A stretch of DNA of 5,006 nucleotides from Zygophlyctis sp. KS116 (taxonomy: Eukaryota; Fungi; Chytridiomycota), in assembly GCA_054661495.1 (NCBI GenBank), contig BAAFSQ010000511.1, positions 1 through 5,006 on the forward strand. Reading direction: 5' to 3'. Shown piece by piece: positions 1 through 5,006 of the stretch. The first letter of the stretch is position 1. Each line of letters begins with the position of its first letter. Under the pieces are notes generated by a model. It had not been told where the DNA came from. It did not search any database and saw only the letters and a program-made list of their open reading frames with translations. Made by a program: the position numbers and the translations under genes.

Positions 1-191
1 AAAAACAAATGACAAAAATGAAAGATGAGAGAAGCAATGACTGATTCCTTTGAAAAACACATGAGAAACAACAAAAATCTGTTGAGAAAAAATCTAAAAC
101 CCCCAACAAAGTAGGGCGAAACTCCTGTTTTTTCCCAACAAAGTACGACAATTCTAATTACCCTAGTAAAGTACAATAAGAAACACAAAAA

Positions 192-1550
192 ATGAAGAGA
201 TTTATTTCTACAATGAAGCATTCCCCAGAATTTATCATGGGTATGAATCGAATCGGTTCAGTGATTCCCCCCGATGCTATTTTCTCTTGCATTCAGAAAG
301 TATTAAAGGAAGATGCTGATAAGAATCCAAGTCATTCAAATGATTTTAAATTTGGAATGAAAAGTTTAGCAGATGCAGCACAATCTCAAGGAAAAACTGG
401 ACTTCCCAAGAAATCTTTAGAGAATATGACTGACAAGGATGGAATTGAAATTATTGTCCCATCGTATGATCGCAGAGAATCATTGGCATATTTAGTACAA
501 AGATCAACTGCTAATTTCGCAGCTTGTCAAACTATATTTAAGGAAATTCAAAGAAGAGTTCCAGATTTTAATCCATCATCAATATTAGATTGGGGAACAG
601 GAACTGGATCTGTATTTTGGAGTGCTAAAAACGTTTGGGAAAATATAAATCAGGCTGTTGGAGTAGATTTGTCCGGTAATATTGTTAAAAACTTAATGGA
701 AAGATTCAATGATTAATATCGCAACGGAGATGAATCAGTTGTTGAAAAAAGAGGGGTATAATGATCTTGAACCTGTTTTTAAAAGGCAATTGAATTCCCA
801 AATTAATCCTTTTGATTTGGTAGTCTCTGCATTTACTTTAAGTGAATTATCAAATGATGTTGCTCGTAGAACTGCTCTAGAGTTATTATGGGAAAAAACG
901 AACGATGTAAATTTCATTGTTTTTAATTGTAGGTTCTTGTATTGATAGATAGAGGTAGTCCTTATGGAGCTTCTATAATCGATTCTGCCAGAACTCAAAT
1001 TCTTCAATGGGCAAATGCAAAAGAAACGTCGGTATATATTGTGTCTCCGGTAAGACTTTGTTTTAGTCATTGGATTAGTGCTCTCATGAAAAGACTTGTC
1101 CTATGAATAAAGAGGGAATAAGGACATGGTGTCATTTTTCTCAAAGATATCGAATGAGCAAAGAAATTGTAAGTTGATTTTATTAAAAATTAGATGGATA
1201 GGAAAAGAATTTCGAATAATCATGAAGATAGCTGTTATTCATATGTCGTATTTAGAAAACGAAATCGACCAGTCTCAAAAAATGCCAGTGATTTAATTTC
1301 AAAGACACACGAATGGCCAAGAATAATTGGTGCTCCAATGAAAAGAACTAGGCATGTAGTTCTTGATTTGTGTCATGGATCTGGGGATTTGCATAGAATC
1401 GTAGTCTCAAAATCGGAGGGCTCTATCATATATAAGGATGCTAGGAAGTCACATTGGGGTGATCTTTGGCCACATCAACCTAAAGGGAAAGCAGTCATTA
1501 AGGGAAATAATACAGAGCAAGTAAAAAAAGAAGATAAAAATGATCTTTGA
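192..1550 (+). CDS. RSM22: Mitochondrial small ribosomal subunit assembly factor Rsm22/METTL17 (SAM-binding methyltransferase-like, Fe-S protein); join(192..675,704..906,933..1049,1079..1168,1194..1550), 416 aa
   Basis: Removing four GT-AG micro-introns joins the ORF-track fragments into one 1251-nt frame ending TGA. Rsm22/METTL17-type motifs: ILDWGTGTGSVFW (SAM motif I), GVDLSDSM, FDLVVSAFTLSEL, VLVLIDRGSP, IVSPCSHEKTCP, WCHFSQR, NHEDSCYSYVVFRK, WPRIIGAPMKRTRHVVLDLC, YKDARKSHWGDLWP. Confidence 0.93.
676..703 (+). other. Spliceosomal micro-intron 1 of RSM22 (28 nt, phase 1)
   Basis: GTAATATTGTTAAAAACTTAATGGAAAG; removal gives VDLS-D-SMINIA and links the 192 frame to the 709 frame. Confidence 0.88.
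907..932 (+). other. Spliceosomal micro-intron 2 of RSM22 (26 nt, phase 0)
   Basis: GTAAATTTCATTGTTTTTAATTGTAG; removal gives LWEKTND|VLVLIDRGSP. Confidence 0.92.
1050..1078 (+). other. Spliceosomal micro-intron 3 of RSM22 (29 nt, phase 0)
   Basis: GTAAGACTTTGTTTTAGTCATTGGATTAG; removal restores IVSP|CSHEKTCP (family motif [VI]APCPH..CP). The internal AG at 1065-1066 would leave an in-frame TAG. Confidence 0.93.
1169..1193 (+). other. Spliceosomal micro-intron 4 of RSM22 (25 nt, phase 0)
   Basis: GTAAGTTGATTTTATTAAAAATTAG; removal links the WCHFSQRYRMSKEI exon to the 1194 frame. Confidence 0.9.
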
Positions 1551-1590
1551 AAAATTGCATCATTACGATATTTAAAACATAAAATCTAAA

Positions 1591-3015
1591 TCATTCCTTG
1601 GACTTTTTCTTCTTCTCTGACTTTTCTTTTTTATCTTTTTTCTCCTTCTTTTCCTAGCGATTAATCCTAGAATCTATTACCTCTGAATCTTCTGACTTTT
1701 TTTCTTTCTTTTCTTTCTTTTCCTTTTTCTCCTTTTTGTCTTTTTTCTCCTTCTTTTCTGTATCATCGTCTTCTGCTTTTCGCTTCTTGGGAGTTTCTAT
1801 TTCTTCGATAATTGGCTTGCTAGGGGATGCTGGTTTTGGAGCAGCCTGTCCATTTGCATAATCGACATAATCAGTCTTCCATTGAGCGGGAGTTTCCTCT
1901 GTTTGCCTTCCATACTTGTCCAACTTTCCTTCTTTGACCAGTTTCTTCTTTTCTAATGCTTTAGGACCTAATCCCCAGCGACGAGGATATGTATCTCTTT
2001 CCATGATAACTCTCTTGATTTTAGCAACAACTCCATGATCACAGGTTGCCATTTCAGCAGTATTCATTTGAGCATAAGCAAGTGCTATAGCCTCTCCCTT
2101 AGTTGTCATTAATACAACTTCTTCATTGACATCAATTCCAGACTCGAATCTTAAAAGACCAGGAACCATCAGTTTTGCTCCATAGCAGATTGCATTAACA
2201 GCACTATCCTTTACTACGATTCTCTTGTATGAAACTAGCAGGGATTCCAAAGGTCGAATAACTTTTCGAAGATACGCCTCATCCTTTGTATTTTCATATA
2301 GCCATTGTGCATCCATCACATCATGCATTGTAACCATATCATCATCTTCACCAACAATTCCTGAGCGTACTCTTCTCAACTCTTGCATATGACCTCCAAC
2401 ACCTAAAAGCAAACCTAAATGAACACATAATGTTCTAATATAAGTTCCTGCTTCACAACTGACCCAAAAAACTGCCAAATTTCGGTCATTATCAAATTCT
2501 AGAAGCTTCATTTCATGAATAGTTCTAATTCTTAATTGTCTTTTAACTGCTGAGATGAGTGGAGGACGTTGAAAGAGAGCACCAGTGAGGGTTTCTATAG
2601 CATTGTATAATTTTTTCTCTGAATCAATTGCATCATGTAATCTTAAAACTGAAACATACTCTTTTCCTGCACCTTGCTGACTTTTAACTAATCTTGTAGC
2701 TCTATCAACGCAAACAATCAAACAGCCAGTAACTTTTGGATCCAAAGTCCCAGAGTGACCAGTTTTCTCTACTTTTAGAATGCGCCTGATCCATGCAACA
2801 ACTTCATGAGATGAAGGATTAGCTGGCTTGTCAAGGTTGATGACACCATATCGGACATAGTTATCAATATCTCTTTTCAATGGGGCAGATCCAGTTGGGA
2901 TTGGAGTATAATGCCCTGTTCTCACATTAAGTTTGTCAAAGTTTTTGAGCAACAATGGCCATTCTGATGTATCAATTGGGGCTGCATTAGCTGTTGGTTT
3001 GATCTCATATTCCAT
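1591..3015 (-). CDS. CBF5: H/ACA snoRNP pseudouridine synthase Cbf5/dyskerin; complement(join(1591..1653,1681..3015)), 465 aa
   Basis: [28 protein letters not shown], TruB motif [12 protein letters not shown] with catalytic Asp, [16 protein letters not shown] domain ([21 protein letters not shown]), [14 protein letters not shown] and a KKE/KKD tail. A 27-nt intron extends the tail by [20 protein letters not shown] to TGA at 1593-1591. Confidence 0.97.
1594..1758 (-). repeat. Low-complexity coding repeat for the Cbf5 KKE/KKD tail (degenerate 9-nt units), split by the intron
   Basis: T/C-rich tract on +, encoding [21 protein letters not shown]...[11 protein letters not shown] on -; 1733-1758 and 1628-1653 match at 25 of 26 nt. 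Confidence 0.85.
1654..1680 (-). other. Spliceosomal micro-intron of CBF5 (27 nt, phase 0; its terminal TAG is an in-frame stop)
   Basis: Minus strand GAG|GTAATAGATTCTAGGATTAATCGCTAG|GAA; it interrupts KKE-coding low-complexity sequence that resumes in frame right after the AG. Confidence 0.9.
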
Positions 3016-3155
3016 TTTTGCACAACGGGCGGACCTAAAACTTGGAGTTGCTGTGTGGCGTTTTAAAGTGAAAATTCTTGTAACAAATCACGCAGTTTTA
3101 CGACTGTAAGAGTGTTTAGGCTTTTACAGATTTGTCAACAAGGCTATAATCATTC
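3016..3155. promoter_or_regulatory. Divergent (bidirectional) promoter and 5'-UTR region shared by CBF5 and COQ6, 140 bp
   Basis: Lies between head-to-head start codons at 3015(-) and 3156(+); contains several CpG-bearing words and an RRPE-like TGAAAATTCT at 3069-3078. Function is inferred from position. Confidence 0.65.
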
Positions 3156-4495
3156 ATGAAAGGACTAGCAAGGCAATTATCCGATGTTACAATTATTGGT
3201 GGTGGAGTGTCTGGACTAGCTTTGGCAGCTGCATTATCTAATAATCCAATTACTAGATCATTAAAAATTAATCTTGTTGATACCAAAGACTTGTGTCGGA
3301 AAAATTTGCCAATGACTGGCTATTCTAATCGCGTGGTGAGTCTGACTCCAACTTCACAAGAGTTTTTAAAGAGAATTAATGTTTGGCAAAAAGTAGATCA
3401 TGCAAGAGTTTTTCCATTCAAGGAAATGAAGGTTTGGGATGCAATCACTGATGGATCTTTTTGTCTGAATGCTACAGATAGAGATCAGATTGCAAGCATT
3501 GTTGAAATTGATAATTTGGCTAATTCGGTTTTCACAGATAAAATAAAAATTTGGAAAAGCTCTTGTCGTATTGATTTAGATGAAGAATCTAATTATCCAA
3601 TTGTTAAACTAGAAGATGGGTCAGAGTTGGTTTCAAAGTTGGTGGTTGGAGCAGATGGTGTAAACTCTGTTGTGCGTAAATACGCCGGAATAGAATCAGT
3701 AGGTTGGGATTATCATCAAAAAGGAATTGTCGCTACACTTGATCTTTGCTTTGAAAACAGAAATACTGCATGGCAAAGGTTTCTTCCCTCAGGACCTATT
3801 GCAATGTTGCCATTGGGTCAATCAATGTCTTCTTTAGTTTGGTCAGTACCCTCAAATTGGGCTCATAAACTGATCAATCTTGATCATAATCTTTTTAAAC
3901 ATTTAGTCAATTCTGCATTTAGAAATCCAGCCGTAGATATAGAATATATTATTTCTCAATTAAATGATACTGGAGAACCGAAAATAACACATGATTCGAT
4001 TATATCTGAATTAGAATGGGGAAGATCTAGAGACAGGAATAAAGGGACTTTTTGCCCTCCAGAAATCATTGCTATTTCTGAAAATTCACGTGCAATGTTT
4101 CCTTTAAGTTTAGCAAACTCTGACGCTTACGCAGCACCTAGAGTTGCTCTAATAGGAGATGCGGCACATAGAATACATCCTCTTGCTGGCCAAGGTCTAA
4201 ATATGGGATTGGGTGATGTTGATGCACTGGCTAATATTTTGGCAAAAGCAGTATACCAAGGTTCGGACATTGGTAATTTTAAATTTTCCTTACAGTTATA
4301 GGTAGTGAATCAGTTCTGAAATCATACAGTCAGCAAAGATTTTCTGTAAGTATTGGTATGTTGGCATCTGTAGATGCTATTGGAAGGATTTTCGGTACAA
4401 AATCCTCCATCATTTCAGCAACACGGTCGCTTGGAATGAATTTTTTAGATTGTGTGCCTCTAGCAAAGAAAATTCTAATGAATATTGCTGGATGA
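3156..4495 (+). CDS. COQ6: Ubiquinone biosynthesis FAD-dependent monooxygenase Coq6 (UbiH/COQ6 family); join(3156..4272,4302..4495), 436 aa
   Basis: FAD motif DVTIIGGGVSGLALAAAL, YSNRVVSLTP, MKVWD, LVVGADGVNSVVR, GWDYHQKGIVATL, AWQRFLPSGPIAMLPL, RVALIGDAAHRIHPLAGQGLNMGLGDV. The spliced C-terminus GSDIGSESVLKSYSQQR...RSLGMNFLD...KKILMNIAG* fits the Coq6 C-terminal region. An in-frame TAA at 3147-3149 supports ATG 3156 as the start. Confidence 0.95.
4273..4301 (+). other. Spliceosomal micro-intron of COQ6 (29 nt, phase 1)
   Basis: GTAATTTTAAATTTTCCTTACAGTTATAG; removal gives the family-typical G-x-D-I-G-S. An alternative in-frame acceptor CAG ends at 4295. Confidence 0.88.
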
Positions 4496-4547
4496 TTGAA
4501 GGATTTTTGAATTTTGTCAGCATTTGCGTCGTTTTCGCGTTTGAAAA

Positions 4548-5006
4548 ATGGATGAACAAAAACTTATTGATATTGAAGTTAAAGCTACTGAGGCCTGGTT
4601 TAAATCTCCTCGATTCCGATTGACCAAACGTCCATACACTGCTCAAGACGGTAATATATCTATTGATGACCCCCAGTTGTTTCTAAGCGTGGAACTTTGC
4701 CATTGACTTATCCGTCAGATCTTCAAGCGAAAAAGCTGTGGAAACTATTGCAGGATCACAAGGCTAAATCTACAGCATCTTTTACCTATGGCGCTTTAGA
4801 TCCCGTCCAAGTTATTCAAATGGCGAAATATTTGGACACAATTTATATCTCGGGATGGCAGAGCTCTTCGACTGCATCAACGTCTAATGAGCCAGGTCCT
4901 GATCTTGCTGATTATCCAATGGTAAATCTCGTGAATTTTATTTTTGGTAGGATACAGTTCCAAACAAGGTTGAACATTTGTTTTTGGCTCAGTTGTTTCA
5001 TGATAG
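4548..5006 (+). CDS. ICL1: Isocitrate lyase (glyoxylate cycle, fungal Icl1/AcuD type), 5' part, runs off the window; join(4548..4650,4677..4921,4951..>5006)
   Basis: Spliced translation [134 protein letters not shown](R). [10 protein letters not shown] and PDLADYPM, plus the lack of a mitochondrial presequence, favour ICL1 over methylisocitrate lyase. Confidence 0.94.
4651..4676 (+). other. Spliceosomal micro-intron 1 of ICL1 (26 nt, phase 1)
   Basis: GTAATATATCTATTGATGACCCCCAG; removal gives [14 protein letters not shown]. Confidence 0.93.
4922..4950 (+). other. Spliceosomal micro-intron 2 of ICL1 (29 nt, phase 0)
   Basis: GTAAATCTCGTGAATTTTATTTTTGGTAG; removal gives the conserved DLADYPM|DTVPNKV. 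Confidence 0.94.

Noticed and set aside
1-100. Possible end or start of a neighbouring gene (short + frames ending in TGA by 44; a minus-strand ATG at 62 running off the window)
   Set aside because: Too short and low-complexity to assign without flanking sequence.
241-261. Possible 21-nt in-frame intron GTATGA...TTCAG in RSM22 exon 1
   Set aside because: Donor is not GTAA, length is below the local range, and the encoded GMNRIGSV resembles an N-terminal G-x-x-R-I-G-x-V segment I recall from fungal Rsm22 proteins.
735-1070. 111-aa minus-strand ORF
   Set aside because: Antisense shadow of RSM22 exons 2-3 and introns; no recognisable motif.
192-1550. RSM22 as three separate genes or a frameshifted pseudogene
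   Set aside because: Each frame break coincides with a GTAA...AG segment of 25-29 nt whose removal gives one intact 416-aa frame.
1654-1680. Intron-hosted snoRNA in CBF5 or the other introns
   Set aside because: Introns of 25-29 nt are far too short for box C/D or H/ACA RNAs.
192-4495. Alternative genetic code (TAA/TAG = Gln), suggested by all three complete genes ending in TGA
   Set aside because: No in-frame TAA/TAG appears in any reconstructed exon, and the standard code gives intact conserved proteins; three TGA stops can be chance.
4410-4646. 78-aa minus-strand ORF
   Set aside because: Antisense to the COQ6 3' end and ICL1 exon 1; no recognisable motif.
4548-5006. Methylisocitrate lyase (ICL2/MclA) instead of ICL1
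   Set aside because: No mitochondrial presequence, and ICL1-type [10 protein letters not shown] and DLADYPM motifs are present; the catalytic KKCGH region is outside the window, so final confirmation needs downstream sequence.
192-5006. Functional gene cluster or novel pathway made of RSM22, CBF5, COQ6 and ICL1
   Set aside because: These are unrelated housekeeping functions in different compartments; adjacency is adequately explained by genome compaction unless conserved synteny is shown.

Overview
AT-rich, very compact eukaryotic nuclear DNA whose proteins look fungal; an early-diverging, chytrid-like lineage is my inference only. The window holds four housekeeping genes: RSM22/METTL17 (+, 5 exons), CBF5/dyskerin (-, 2 exons), COQ6 (+, 2 exons) and the 5' part of isocitrate lyase ICL1 (+, 3 exons visible, missed by the ORF track). 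The genes themselves are ordinary, but their architecture is not. All eight reconstructed spliceosomal introns are only 25-29 nt, all begin GTAA and end AG, and none has a canonical CTAAC branch site. About 87% of the window is coding (4364/5006 nt), and the spacers between CDSs are 40, 140 and 52 bp. Other points of interest are a candidate 24-nt 5'-UTR intron, an intron-like 28-nt decoy inside COQ6 coding sequence, and a stop-containing 3n intron that could switch the CBF5 C-terminal tail. No mobile elements, RNA genes or CRISPR arrays are supported. All motif comparisons to known proteins are from memory; no database searches were run.
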